64,000 nucleotides of DNA from Candidatus Sumerlaeota bacterium. Lineage in GTDB: Bacteria > Sumerlaeota > Sumerlaeia > Sumerlaeales > Sumerlaeaceae. Numbering within the stretch: the stretch's first letter is position 1; each line of letters opens with the position of its first letter. Of the stretch, positions 8,070-17,797 are shown one piece after another. The stretch is taken from positions 517,786 to 581,785 of the forward strand of contig JADFCV010000001.1 in the NCBI GenBank assembly GCA_017161655.1. The letters are read 5' to 3'. Below the pieces are notes generated by a model. That model was given only the letters and a program-made list of their open reading frames with translations, was not told the origin of the DNA and did no database searches. A program made the translations under genes and the position numbers.

Positions 8070-10457
8070 GTGCGACCCTCAGGATTTTCAGACGAGAGAG
8101 GCTTCCAGTGGGCAGCAGTTGCGGTTGGGGTGACAGCGGGATGTATTGTGCCTTTAGTTTGTGGAAGGCTCCTCGACACAGACTCATTGCCAGGTGCTCC
8201 GCGGTCCGACTTTGAGTACTATTTCTATCCTTTGAGGTGTTTTCTTTCGCGTAGCTTGGCTCAGGGAATCATCCCCTTCTGGAATCCTCATCTTTTTTGT
8301 GGCTATCCCGTCATTGAAACCTATCAGAGTGCGGTGTTTTATCCACTCAATGCGCTCGGCTGTGGATTGCACGCACGAGAAGCCATCGTTTACATCACAG
8401 CTCTCCATCTTGTGCTAAACTATTTGGCGTGGGCAATTAGCCTACGTCGGGGGTTTGGCTACTCTGTATCTAGCAGTTCGATAGTGGCAGCGCTTGCCAA
8501 TGCGGCAGCCCAGCTCCCTTACCGATTCTTTGCTGGTCATTTGTGCATGATTTTTGCGTATCCCTGGCTTCCCTGCCTTGTCGCAGCGGCGTATCAACTA
8601 AGCCACCGCCAAGCTTTTCGTTACCATTGGTGGCTGGTGGCCGCAGTATCCACAGCGTTGCTGCTTGTTTCTGGAGCTCCTCAATTGGCCATGTACGCAA
8701 TCTACGCGGCTCTGGCAATCGCATTAGTCATCGCACTTTCTTTGAGAACCACGAGTTTGTTACTTCGCGTCATAACGGCACTTGGGTTAGGTGCAGTGTT
8801 GGCTTTTCCCCAAATCATTTCATCATTGGCCTACATCCCCTATTCTGCACGCCAGGGGCAATGGGGAATCCCCTCGCAGTCAGCTGGCGTTGTCGCAACG
8901 TTGCTTGAGACCTTTCTTCCAGCACCGTTTGGCAACGGTGTTCTTGAGGCTCACATAAACGAGCGAGGGGTGTGGGACACGGCTGGTTATTCTGGAGCGC
9001 CAGCATTGGTCGCTGTGCTGTCATGGACCCTGCACTTTGTCACGCAAAGGCGAAAAGACCCTCGAGCGACTTGTGCCTTCGCGTTGATCTTAGCGGGCAT
9101 TTACATCATGAGTGGAGGTTACTTGCCTGGTTTTCGAGGAACTCGTGAAAACCAAAGAGCAATAATTCTGGTTCACTCGGGATCGTTTCTCTTACTTGCC
9201 CTTTTTCTCGATGATCTCCGCAACCGCTTGGACGAAAAATGCCTGAAGAAAAGATTTGGACGAGCCGCGGCTGCTTTTCTTGTCGGAGGGGTGTTGTATT
9301 TCGCAATTCGAGAAGGCTACACAACTGAGTATCAGCGGGTTTTTGCGTGGATTTCCAGACACGTGATGGGCCAACTTACTTTTTCACCGAACGAGATCCC
9401 AGAGGTAGCTGGGTATCTCTTTATAACGTCACAGCGCGCCTTCAATCTTGCTCTAGGATGGCTGGGATTAGCTGTCATCACGTCCATTGTTGGTACCCGC
9501 TTCTCTCGACTTGGATGGCTGGGACTCAGCGGTGTACTTATTCTCGACCCCCTATTGGTCTCTCTTGAGCCCTATAGATGTCGCACCCCTGCCTTGCAAT
9601 TAGGTTGTCCCCCAGACGTCGAAACCCAGATCATAGCGATTGTTAGAGAAAAGCAGGTCGCGCACCTCCCGCCGTGCAGGTTTTCCTTTCCAACCAGTCT
9701 AACAAATTTTGCGCAGTGTGTCGAGGGGGTGTTAGATGCGGGAGGTTATGATCCATTAATGCCGCACCTAGCGCTGGCAAGACGTACTTGGTCGACCATT
9801 CCCCTCACGCCCGAGGAGCGCCAGAAAAATACTTGTCGTGCACTTGCGATCTGCGGGGCGGTTGAAGAGACGAAACATCAGCCCGAAATCGTTCCGCCCC
9901 CCTGCCGAGTGATGTCCCTACGGCCTGCTTCTACTGGAAGAGCAGAGTGTGCCGAGCTCAGTGTGAGAGTTGCACTTCAACCTGCCGGTTATCTTTTCGG
10001 TCCTCTCGATGGCAGTGTTCAGACCCTCGAAACCACGGCGACCCTCGAACATGTCCGAAACTGGTTCGAGCAAAGCATGACACCGTCACCAAACGTTTTC
10101 CTTGAGAACAATGTTGGCCAAGTTCGCTGGTACCATGTTTCCAACCCAAATCGTATATGGATAGCTATTCACGCTACGAGGCCGGGGCTCTTGGTCATTC
10201 GCAGTACCTGGCTTCCTGGTTGGCGAGTCTCTGGAAGTTCCCTGACGGGTGAGCAAGAGCATCGGCCGTTTCGTTGCAATGGCTGGATGACCGGACATCT
10301 CGTGCCGGCTGGTTTCTCATTTGTGAAACTCTCGTATGCTCCGCTAGGGTGGAGATTGTCGCTATTCGTTTCGCTTCTAGCGAGTGCAACATTGATTCTT
10401 ACGCCGACTGGCCATTTGATCCAACGCTACCGACGGCAGGGAGCAGCAAGAACCTAG
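8070..10457 (+). CDS. YfhO-family (GT-C type) polytopic membrane glycosyltransferase, paralog 1
   Basis: 795 aa with many hydrophobic helices. The N-terminal signature LAQGIIPFWNPHLFCGYPVIETYQSAVFYPLN is characteristic of YfhO. The start codon is uncertain (GTG 8070). Confidence 0.7.
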   Translation: MRPSGFSDERGFQWAAVAVGVTAGCIVPLVCGRLLDTDSLPGAPRSDFEYYFYPLRCFLSRSLAQGIIPFWNPHLFCGYPVIETYQSAVFYPLNALGCGLHAREAIVYITALHLVLNYLAWAISLRRGFGYSVSSSSIVAALANAAAQLPYRFFAGHLCMIFAYPWLPCLVAAAYQLSHRQAFRYHWWLVAAVSTALLLVSGAPQLAMYAIYAALAIALVIALSLRTTSLLLRVITALGLGAVLAFPQIISSLAYIPYSARQGQWGIPSQSAGVVATLLETFLPAPFGNGVLEAHINERGVWDTAGYSGAPALVAVLSWTLHFVTQRRKDPRATCAFALILAGIYIMSGGYLPGFRGTRENQRAIILVHSGSFLLLALFLDDLRNRLDEKCLKKRFGRAAAAFLVGGVLYFAIREGYTTEYQRVFAWISRHVMGQLTFSPNEIPEVAGYLFITSQRAFNLALGWLGLAVITSIVGTRFSRLGWLGLSGVLILDPLLVSLEPYRCRTPALQLGCPPDVETQIIAIVREKQVAHLPPCRFSFPTSLTNFAQCVEGVLDAGGYDPLMPHLALARRTWSTIPLTPEERQKNTCRALAICGAVEETKHQPEIVPPPCRVMSLRPASTGRAECAELSVRVALQPAGYLFGPLDGSVQTLETTATLEHVRNWFEQSMTPSPNVFLENNVGQVRWYHVSNPNRIWIAIHATRPGLLVIRSTWLPGWRVSGSSLTGEQEHRPFRCNGWMTGHLVPAGFSFVKLSYAPLGWRLSLFVSLLASATLILTPTGHLIQRYRRQGAART

Positions 10458-11278
10458 TATTCCCATGGCTTAAAGATGTCTTTCCACGTCCGTGGAGGCT
10501 TACGTTGCTCTTCAGCCAGCATAAGCTCGATTGCGCGTCGCCGGAAATCTTTCAGTGATGCGGGTTGTCCAAGCTCACTTCGTGCCACACGAAGTTTTTC
10601 CACGAATTCTTTACTCATCTGAAAAACTAAAGAGGATATGGCACACCACATTGGACCAATAAAGATGGCGCCGACGACGGAGACAATCGCAAGTGCAGTC
10701 AAAATTGCAAAGAGAAAAAGCCCCAAAAACCACAACCATGGCACAAGTGACAATGCCATGACCGCTTCTCGCATAGTGGAAATAAACCGCTCATCAGGCG
10801 AGGCAAGGCTAGCTGCTCCAAAAAGAGACATGAGAAAAGCCACAAAGCAAACAAATAGATAACAAAACAAAATAACAAGAATAAAACTGAAAAATCCCCA
10901 TGGCTGAGACTGTTGGGCTGATAAACGTGCATAGAAATAGATATTTGTAACGAAAACAAGAAGCCCCAAAAAACCAAACACTGAGTATTTGAGAGACCTT
11001 TTCAGCATTGCGACATTTGGCAAAGCGTAGGTGCCTATGTGGATGGGTTTCTGCAAGGCGATGTGCTGACCAACGATAAGAAACATCGCGAGGGAGTACA
11101 CGACCCAGCAACAGGCGACGCCCAGAATGCTCAAACCAAGAAGATCAACACCAGGAAGAAGGAAGAAGATGTAACCCAGCAACCAAAAGCCAAGCGCGGA
11201 CAGTAGTCCCGAAATTGTCAAAGTTCCCAAATAGTCATAGAGTGCCCAAAACAAACGATAAAAGAAGATTCCGATCAT
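10454..11278 (-). CDS. Polytopic membrane protein of unknown function (possibly DUF624/YesL-like)
   Basis: 274 aa with 5-6 hydrophobic helices and a charged C-terminal tail. The start overlaps the murA stop (ATGA at 11275-11278). The stop overlaps the convergent YfhO gene by 4 nt. Confidence 0.65.
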   Translation of the reverse strand: MIGIFFYRLFWALYDYLGTLTISGLLSALGFWLLGYIFFLLPGVDLLGLSILGVACCWVVYSLAMFLIVGQHIALQKPIHIGTYALPNVAMLKRSLKYSVFGFLGLLVFVTNIYFYARLSAQQSQPWGFFSFILVILFCYLFVCFVAFLMSLFGAASLASPDERFISTMREAVMALSLVPWLWFLGLFLFAILTALAIVSVVGAIFIGPMWCAISSLVFQMSKEFVEKLRVARSELGQPASLKDFRRRAIELMLAEEQRKPPRTWKDIFKPWEY

Positions 11279-12573
11279 GGTTCAAGCGCCAAGGGCTCGT
11301 CTGGGGCACTATCTGAGACACGCTCAACCTTTCCCCCAAGGGAAGCCAATTTTTTCTCGATAGATTCGTACCCCCGATCGATGTGGTATACGCGATTGAT
11401 AATGGTGGTGCCTTCCGCAGCCAGTCCCGCTAGCACCAGTGCTGCCGAAGCTCGCAAATCACTCGCCATAACGGGAGCACCACTCAGTTTGGGTACACCT
11501 ACAACCGTCGCCATGCCGTTCAGAACCTGAATGTTTGCTCCCATTCGATTGAGTTCTGCTGCATGCAGGAAACGATCCACATAAATCGTTTCACGGATAA
11601 TACTGACGCCTGGGACAAGAGAGAGCAGGGCCATAAACTGCGCCTGCATATCTGTCGGGAAACCGGGATAAGTCCAGGTTTGAATGTTGGTTGGACTATA
11701 GTTCTCTCGATTACCCCACACCCGAGTCCCTTCTGGCACCTGTTCTACACGGGCACCAATTTCGTGAAGTTTACTGACAACCGCATCCATGTGATCAAGG
11801 GGGGCGTTGTCTATGATGATATCGCCACCGGTAATAGCCGCGGCGACCATGAAGGTCCCTGCCTCAATCCGGTCGGCAACAATTGTGTGCTCTGTGCCGT
11901 GGAGTGATTGCACGCCAGTCACTCTAAGAACCCGTTCTCCCGCGCCTTCAATTTTCGCCCCCATTTTGCGTAGAAAGGCGATCAATTCGCAGACCTCTGG
12001 TTCACGTGCAGCGCCGTGAATAACAGTTTCTCCTTCTGCCAGGACTGCAGCCATAAGGACGTTACATGTTGCTCCAACGCTGGAACCAGCGGCGCCCGAG
12101 AGACTAAATTCTGCACCGTGAAGTTTTGCCGCCTCGGCAACAACATAGCCGTGCTCGATATCAATTTTCGCCCCAAGAGCACTGAATCCTTTGAGGTGTA
12201 AGTCAATCGGGCGAGGGCCGATCGCGCAACCGCCAGGCATGGACACTCGGGCCCGACCTAGCTTGGCAATCATTGGGCCCATTACATAGATGGAGGCACG
12301 CATCTTTCTCACCATGTCATACGGAGCTTCCGCATTTTGGAAGCCTTTAGGATCAATGACCATGACATGGTCTTCAAAGCGAACATCTGCCCCAAGATAG
12401 CGGATCACATCCGCCATTGTTCTGGTGTCGCGAAGATCGGGAACATTAAATAGTGTTGTCGGACCGTCTCCCAGGAGGGCAGCTGCCATGAGGGGGAGGG
12501 TTGCATTCTTTGACCCACTGATAAAGACTCTTCCCCGCAGTGGAACCCCGCCTTCGATTACGAATCTATCCAC
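11275..12573 (-). CDS. murA: UDP-N-acetylglucosamine 1-carboxyvinyltransferase
   Basis: 432 aa with N-terminal MDRFVIEGGVPLRGRVFISGSKNATLPLMAAALL and the active-site Cys loop MPGGCAIGPRPIDLH. Confidence 0.95.
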   Translation of the reverse strand: MDRFVIEGGVPLRGRVFISGSKNATLPLMAAALLGDGPTTLFNVPDLRDTRTMADVIRYLGADVRFEDHVMVIDPKGFQNAEAPYDMVRKMRASIYVMGPMIAKLGRARVSMPGGCAIGPRPIDLHLKGFSALGAKIDIEHGYVVAEAAKLHGAEFSLSGAAGSSVGATCNVLMAAVLAEGETVIHGAAREPEVCELIAFLRKMGAKIEGAGERVLRVTGVQSLHGTEHTIVADRIEAGTFMVAAAITGGDIIIDNAPLDHMDAVVSKLHEIGARVEQVPEGTRVWGNRENYSPTNIQTWTYPGFPTDMQAQFMALLSLVPGVSIIRETIYVDRFLHAAELNRMGANIQVLNGMATVVGVPKLSGAPVMASDLRASAALVLAGLAAEGTTIINRVYHIDRGYESIEKKLASLGGKVERVSDSAPDEPLALEP

Positions 12574-12622
12574 CGACGTGAAAACCTTTCAGGTGCGAAT
12601 TAGTAGAGTTAGATTACTGAGC

Positions 12623-13045
12623 TTAAAACGGCTTGCTCTGCGGTGATTCGATTTTCGGCATGTGGGCGATGCACTCGATTTCAATCAGGACATCCTTCGG
12701 TAGCCGCGAAACCTCTACCGTGGCTCGTGCAGGCGGGAGCACAGGAAAAAATTTCGCATAAACTTCGTTCATCTTGGGAAAATCGTCCATATTTTTCAAA
12801 TAGACTGTCGTTTTCACAATTTGGAATAGGCCACTGCCTGCAGCCTCTAAGACGCCCTGCAAATTCTTTAAAACACGCTCAGTTTGTGTTTCGATGTCAG
12901 TCCCCACAACTTCTCCAGTCTTTGGATCTACGGGGATCTGCCCGCTGCAGAAGATGAAGTCAGCGCATTTAATAGCTTGGGAGTAGGGCCCAATGGCTGC
13001 GGGCGCTAATGGGCTTACAATTGGAACCTTGTCTTGTGAAATCAT
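12623..13045 (-). CDS. ridA: RidA/YjgF-family reactive intermediate (enamine/imine) deaminase
   Basis: 140 aa. It carries [34 protein letters not shown] and [19 protein letters not shown], both typical of RidA. Confidence 0.9.
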   Translation of the reverse strand: MISQDKVPIVSPLAPAAIGPYSQAIKCADFIFCSGQIPVDPKTGEVVGTDIETQTERVLKNLQGVLEAAGSGLFQIVKTTVYLKNMDDFPKMNEVYAKFFPVLPPARATVEVSRLPKDVLIEIECIAHMPKIESPQSKPF

Positions 13046-13085
13046 TTTTTAGCCTCCTAAAAAGATCTTTGCTTGGACGCAACTC

Positions 13086-13559
13086 TCAGCCTCTCGCCAC
13101 CGCAATCCGACCGGTTCGTGCCAGTTCGAGAATTCCGTAAGGCTTCAACAAGTCAATTAAAGCAGCGATTTTTGCGCCACTTCCCACAGCCTCGATCGTC
13201 AAGGAACCGTGCTGAACGTCCACGACTTTACTGCGGAAGATATCCGCAATTTCAATCACCTCTCGCCTATTCTTCGCTGTCGTAGCGATTTTTAAAAGTA
13301 CCAGTTCTCGCTCAATATGTGTTTCCTGCGAAAGGTCCACAGCCTTGATGACGTTTACCTGACGGTTCAACTGCTTCAGTATTTGCTCAACGACTCGATC
13401 GTCCCCGTGAACGACGATTGTCATCCGGGAAACCGATGGATCCTCAGTTTCCCCCACGGCGAGGCTATCGATGTTGAACCCTCGACCAGAGAACATACCC
13501 GCAATGTGGGCAAGGACTCCAAACTTGTTTTCCACGAGAACAGAAATAACATGTTCCAT
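13086..13559 (-). CDS. ilvN: Acetolactate synthase small (regulatory) subunit
   Basis: The ORF extends to 13604. The conserved ACT-domain N-terminus MEHVISVLVENKFGVLAHIAGMFSGRGFNIDSLAV starts at ATG 13559. No ilvB lies adjacent. Confidence 0.88.
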   Translation of the reverse strand: MEHVISVLVENKFGVLAHIAGMFSGRGFNIDSLAVGETEDPSVSRMTIVVHGDDRVVEQILKQLNRQVNVIKAVDLSQETHIERELVLLKIATTAKNRREVIEIADIFRSKVVDVQHGSLTIEAVGSGAKIAALIDLLKPYGILELARTGRIAVARG

Positions 13560-13607
13560 ATTTTTCTCACCTTTTGCAATTGCAAGCCAACGCGCGAATA
13601 ACATCCG

Positions 13608-15923
13608 GTGAACACCGAACGTGCGTCAATGAAAAGAAAGCAGTCTCAGAAGTCATTCTTACCCCTTCCCTGGCAGAAACTGCAGCCCCTGGGAGAATTG
13701 GCTGTTTTGCTTTGTGCGCTCGCGACCATCTTTACACCGCTTTTGGATGGCTCGCAAGTCATTGCGGGAATGGATTTCTTGAACTTGCTTCTTCCCCAGA
13801 TCACGTATGCGCGCGAAGTTCTAGCGAAAGGATTTGTCCCGCTTTGGAACTGGTATACTTGGGGCGGTTCGCCATTACTTGCCGCTTGGCAGAGCGCTCT
13901 CTTTTATCCCCCGACCTGGGCAAGTATGCTCGTGGGACTTCCCTATGGTTTGCAAATCTCAATTTTTCTTCATTTGTTGATCGCTGCGTGGGGAGCAAAA
14001 CGCCTTTCTGAACGACTGTTAGGAACAGAGCGCTGGGGAGGGACTTTCGCGGGGCTTGTTTACTCTGGCAGTGGATTTTTTCTCGGGCATATCGAGCAAA
14101 TAAACTCTGTTGCTGCCCTGGCGTGGACACCCTGGCTTCTCGAAGCGTTCTTCCGTGTCGTAACCCGACGTGAGGGAGGAGTGCTACTGTGTGTCGTCAC
14201 GCTTTTAGGACTTCTGGCTGGGCATCCGCAGCATCTGCAACTCGCATTGTTTTTCGCGTGGGTGAGCGCCTTTGTGATGATGGCAGCTTTTTCCCTCAGT
14301 CGCGCGTCATGCAGATGGGGACGCGGTATGGGTATGGCCGTCATCGCCATGATGGTTGGAGCTCTCGCCAGTGCACCGCAGCTTTTCCCAGCGCTGGAAC
14401 TAGCTGAATGGTCTGAAAGGGTGTGGCCCTACGACAATCCTTATGCGCCAAACTTCCGATGGCAGCACGTAGCTGCTTTTATTGTGCCGCGCTTCTTTAA
14501 TCGGCTTGCCGGCACAAATGGGCAACCTGTCGGCTACACCGAGGAAGGTGTGTACTGCGGGATGCTACCGTTGGTCCTTGCGGGGGTGTACGGATGGTTT
14601 GGACTCAGAAAAACGATCCGCGAGAGACAGGCATTTTCTTTGTGGGCGTTGCTCTTAATTGTTGCATTTTTATTCTCTCTTGGTCCGGAAGGAGGCATAG
14701 CGCCACTGGTCGTGCAGATTGTGCCTGGATTCGAAAAATTCCGTGGAACAGCACGTGCCCTGAACATCGTCGTGCTTATGCTGGCTTGTGGCGCGGGAGC
14801 TGCGTATTCGATTCTTGCCGAGCGTTCGTCGCGAGCGGTGGCGTTTGTGACATTTTGTGGGGTCTTTGGAGTGACGACTTTGGATTTAGCTTGGACGCAC
14901 CGCCCCGAGCTAACTTCGCTATTTGTGCCCCTCGAGGTTCTGGAAGCAGAAAAGCCTATGCTCTCGACCAAGCCTTCCCCCCAGTCTCCCAGCCGCACCT
15001 ACAGATTTATGGCACACGACAGCGATCTCTATCTGGATCATCGCTCAGGTGCCGTGGCGGAGCGTTTCATACGTTTGCAGCCGAACCTAAACCTCTTTCA
15101 CCACGTGGCTCTCGTCGATGGTTATGAGGAGGGGCTGTTGCCCGCCTGGCCCTACGGCAATTTCCTGCGCCGGCTGAATCGCAACCTACGTCATGAGACA
15201 CTCGATGCGCCTCTGCTTGCGCTCATGGGTGTGAATTACGTCATTTCGGAATATCCAGCAGAGTTTGCGTCCCAGTATTGGGAAAGGGTGGGCACAACGC
15301 AGCCGCGCAGACTTACAAATACGTCCTATAGTCTATGGAAGAATCGCATTCCTGCAGCATGGTTCTACGACTGGGAAACATTGGTCGCGCTGGGCATATC
15401 GTCTCACACGGTACAAAAAACAACCATTGAGGAACTCCTTTTGCCGGAGCGAGACTCGTCAGGACAGCCACTTCGCGTGCCGGCTGGGCGGGTTATAGTT
15501 GACCACGTGCTATCTGAGAGCGCGCTGACAGGTTTCTCCGACGCTGCTGAAAAGACTCCTCTGAAAGTAAGATCGATCGCTCCTAATTCGCTTCTCCTAC
15601 AAGCCCGAACACAGAGTCCGCGGAACGTCGTGTACTCCGGGGTCTTGTGCTCCGGCTGGAAATGGGGTTTCGACGATCAAGGTTTTCTTCCAATCCGGTA
15701 TGAAGGCACGTTTCGTCCTTTTGCGGTGGTCACCCTTCCAGCCAAGCGACTTCCTCCAGCGATGTGGTGGCGCTATGCACCATTTTCCTATCGGTTGGGG
15801 GCTTTTGTGGGTCTTCTTGCACTGATGTTCTTGGCTGCTCATAGTTTGGCGCGGCGCCCGGAATCTATGCAATCAGCCGTTGACGAGAGAAGCATAGCTC
15901 AAGTAACTGAGAATCATGCCTGA
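13608..15923 (+). CDS. YfhO-family (GT-C type) polytopic membrane glycosyltransferase, paralog 2
   Basis: 771 aa with many TM helices and the YfhO signature LAKGFVPLWNWYTWGGSPLLAAWQSALFYPPTW. The 3' end overlaps the PilZ gene by 8 nt. Confidence 0.7.
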   Translation: MNTERASMKRKQSQKSFLPLPWQKLQPLGELAVLLCALATIFTPLLDGSQVIAGMDFLNLLLPQITYAREVLAKGFVPLWNWYTWGGSPLLAAWQSALFYPPTWASMLVGLPYGLQISIFLHLLIAAWGAKRLSERLLGTERWGGTFAGLVYSGSGFFLGHIEQINSVAALAWTPWLLEAFFRVVTRREGGVLLCVVTLLGLLAGHPQHLQLALFFAWVSAFVMMAAFSLSRASCRWGRGMGMAVIAMMVGALASAPQLFPALELAEWSERVWPYDNPYAPNFRWQHVAAFIVPRFFNRLAGTNGQPVGYTEEGVYCGMLPLVLAGVYGWFGLRKTIRERQAFSLWALLLIVAFLFSLGPEGGIAPLVVQIVPGFEKFRGTARALNIVVLMLACGAGAAYSILAERSSRAVAFVTFCGVFGVTTLDLAWTHRPELTSLFVPLEVLEAEKPMLSTKPSPQSPSRTYRFMAHDSDLYLDHRSGAVAERFIRLQPNLNLFHHVALVDGYEEGLLPAWPYGNFLRRLNRNLRHETLDAPLLALMGVNYVISEYPAEFASQYWERVGTTQPRRLTNTSYSLWKNRIPAAWFYDWETLVALGISSHTVQKTTIEELLLPERDSSGQPLRVPAGRVIVDHVLSESALTGFSDAAEKTPLKVRSIAPNSLLLQARTQSPRNVVYSGVLCSGWKWGFDDQGFLPIRYEGTFRPFAVVTLPAKRLPPAMWWRYAPFSYRLGAFVGLLALMFLAAHSLARRPESMQSAVDERSIAQVTENHA

Positions 15924-16323
15924 TCAGACAAATCGCTGTTATCCGCGTGTTCCCGTGAATTTGAAGGGGACTCTTTGTATCCTCATTCCGGAGGAGACCT
16001 TTCAGCCGATTGTTCATGATGTTCAAGTGTGCGACCTCAGCGAAAGGGGCGCCATGGTGGAGTTCACCTCGCATGAGGCGACAGTGAAAGCTCTGCTGCG
16101 GGCGACCCGTTATTGTCGACTTAGCTTCCATGCCGTGCCTGACTTACCAGAGAGAGTCATCGGTAAGGCCGTGTGGGTGCAACCGATCGGCGCAGGTGAG
16201 ACAGTGAAATGTCGGCTGGGGCTTTTTTTTGAACAGGCACCCGACGAGACAATTGCCAAGCTCAGGGCATTTGTGGAAAAACGCTTAAAAGAACTCGCTC
16301 AGGCGAGCAATGAATCAACGTAG
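15916..16323 (+). CDS. Stand-alone PilZ-domain protein (putative c-di-GMP receptor)
   Basis: 135 aa. Both canonical motifs are present: RxxxR (R7-C-Y-P-R11) and D-x-S-x-x-G (D40-L-S-E-R-G45). Confidence 0.8.
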   Translation: MPDQTNRCYPRVPVNLKGTLCILIPEETFQPIVHDVQVCDLSERGAMVEFTSHEATVKALLRATRYCRLSFHAVPDLPERVIGKAVWVQPIGAGETVKCRLGLFFEQAPDETIAKLRAFVEKRLKELAQASNEST

Positions 16324-16369
16324 TTGGTTGTGTTTCGCGGCGTGAGATTGAAAGCAAGGGAGCGGTACG

Positions 16370-17782
16370 GTGTGGTTTGACAAAAAAAGTTGGAGGCTGC
16401 GCCGAAAGATCAGAGATCTGCAGGCTGACCTTCGCGAAGCCGAAAAGGAAGGTCGCTACGTGCTCCAGGATGGGCTTTTTTTCGCGGAGCTGGAAGACAT
16501 GGGCGAAATGACCATGCTCGTGTTCGGAACGACAGACGTCCTGTCAGCACAAGAAGAATCAATCATTCGTGCGTTTTTTGACCGCAATGGTTTTACGGTT
16601 CATCGCCTAAAAATAGACAAAACTCAAAGCCATCTAGCCGAAGTCGAGATAATCCCACCATCTGAGATGGTGCGTCACGTAGCGCGTGGGCTCAAGGCTC
16701 AGGGCATAAAAGTTTTGGATGACACAACCAAAGAAACGCCAAGCGACCTTGACAAACATGTCATCACGCTAAGTGGGCTGGTCCGTTCGCTGGTCACTCT
16801 TTTTTGCGACCGTGTCCAAAACACGATCGCAACAACTCGGATCAAAATGAACAACGAGGGCAATCGCCTTCTCCACTGGATGCCTAAGATTTCGGAAGCG
16901 CTTCGGAAAAAAGTTCCATCCGAACTTCTTTCTTTCCTAAAGCCCTACTTTGACGAAGCGTACAGCGAGTTTTATGGTCATCTGGGCGAAAGTGTCTCGC
17001 CAGGCGAGCAGTCACCGCCAACACAACGCATTCCCGCTATTCAGTTTCCAAGTCCTCCTTCGTCCTCGTCGTCTCAACCATCAATTCAGTCTGTTGGTTT
17101 TCGCCTCGACCAGGGACAAAAAGAGAAGGAGGACAAAGAAACAAAGCCGCCAGCGTTCTCGCCGCCATCCGGACCGGATCGTGTGAAGCTCACGGCACGT
17201 CCAGCTGCGGCCGATACAGTCAAAGCTGCACCGCCTCAAGCTGCCTCAGACAGCGATAGAATTGAAATCGAACGTTTGCTAAAAGACCTAGATGCGGCGG
17301 AAGCTGTTGCCCGAATGTATCGGAGATTGGTAAGAGCGCAATCGAGCCGATGTGTGCGCAACGCGCAAGGAATCCTCGAGGAGGTCAACCGTCTTTTCCG
17401 TGCGACCGCATCTTGCCTCTTGGTGAAGGTTCCGCATGCTCATGGAATCACAATCCATGCACAAGCAGGGAAACCACTCGTGTGGGGAGAGGGCGGCAAA
17501 GAGGGATTTCCTGTGTCTACTTCGGTAGTGGCAGAGGTTATTAAAACCAAGAAACCAGCAAAGGTGGACCAAGGAATAGCGCCGGCAAGCGAGAGCATGA
17601 TCTTGCATCATATTGAGGCAGTCGCGGCGGCTCCCGTTTTCTTTAATGGGGAGATTGTCGCTATCGTTTATGTGGACCGACGCGAAGGGCTCCAACCGTT
17701 TGATATGAACGATATGCGCGCTCTGGAAAAAGTTGCGAAAGTGTTCGAAGAATTTCCGGATCTCACGTTGGGACTTGTTTGA
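16370..17782 (+). CDS. GAF-domain protein with an uncharacterised N-terminal domain and a Pro/Ser-rich linker
   Basis: 470 aa with a GTG start. The C-terminal ~150 aa (LLVKVPHAHGITIHAQAGKPL...AAPVFFNGEIVAIVYVDRREG..FDMNDMRALEKVAKVF) have a GAF-like pattern. The middle is low complexity (PPSSSSSQPS..., PPAFSPPSGP). I did not recognise the N-terminal ~200 aa. Confidence 0.6.
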   Translation: MWFDKKSWRLRRKIRDLQADLREAEKEGRYVLQDGLFFAELEDMGEMTMLVFGTTDVLSAQEESIIRAFFDRNGFTVHRLKIDKTQSHLAEVEIIPPSEMVRHVARGLKAQGIKVLDDTTKETPSDLDKHVITLSGLVRSLVTLFCDRVQNTIATTRIKMNNEGNRLLHWMPKISEALRKKVPSELLSFLKPYFDEAYSEFYGHLGESVSPGEQSPPTQRIPAIQFPSPPSSSSSQPSIQSVGFRLDQGQKEKEDKETKPPAFSPPSGPDRVKLTARPAAADTVKAAPPQAASDSDRIEIERLLKDLDAAEAVARMYRRLVRAQSSRCVRNAQGILEEVNRLFRATASCLLVKVPHAHGITIHAQAGKPLVWGEGGKEGFPVSTSVVAEVIKTKKPAKVDQGIAPASESMILHHIEAVAAAPVFFNGEIVAIVYVDRREGLQPFDMNDMRALEKVAKVFEEFPDLTLGLV

Positions 17783-17797
17783 AGGGAGCAAACGTCT

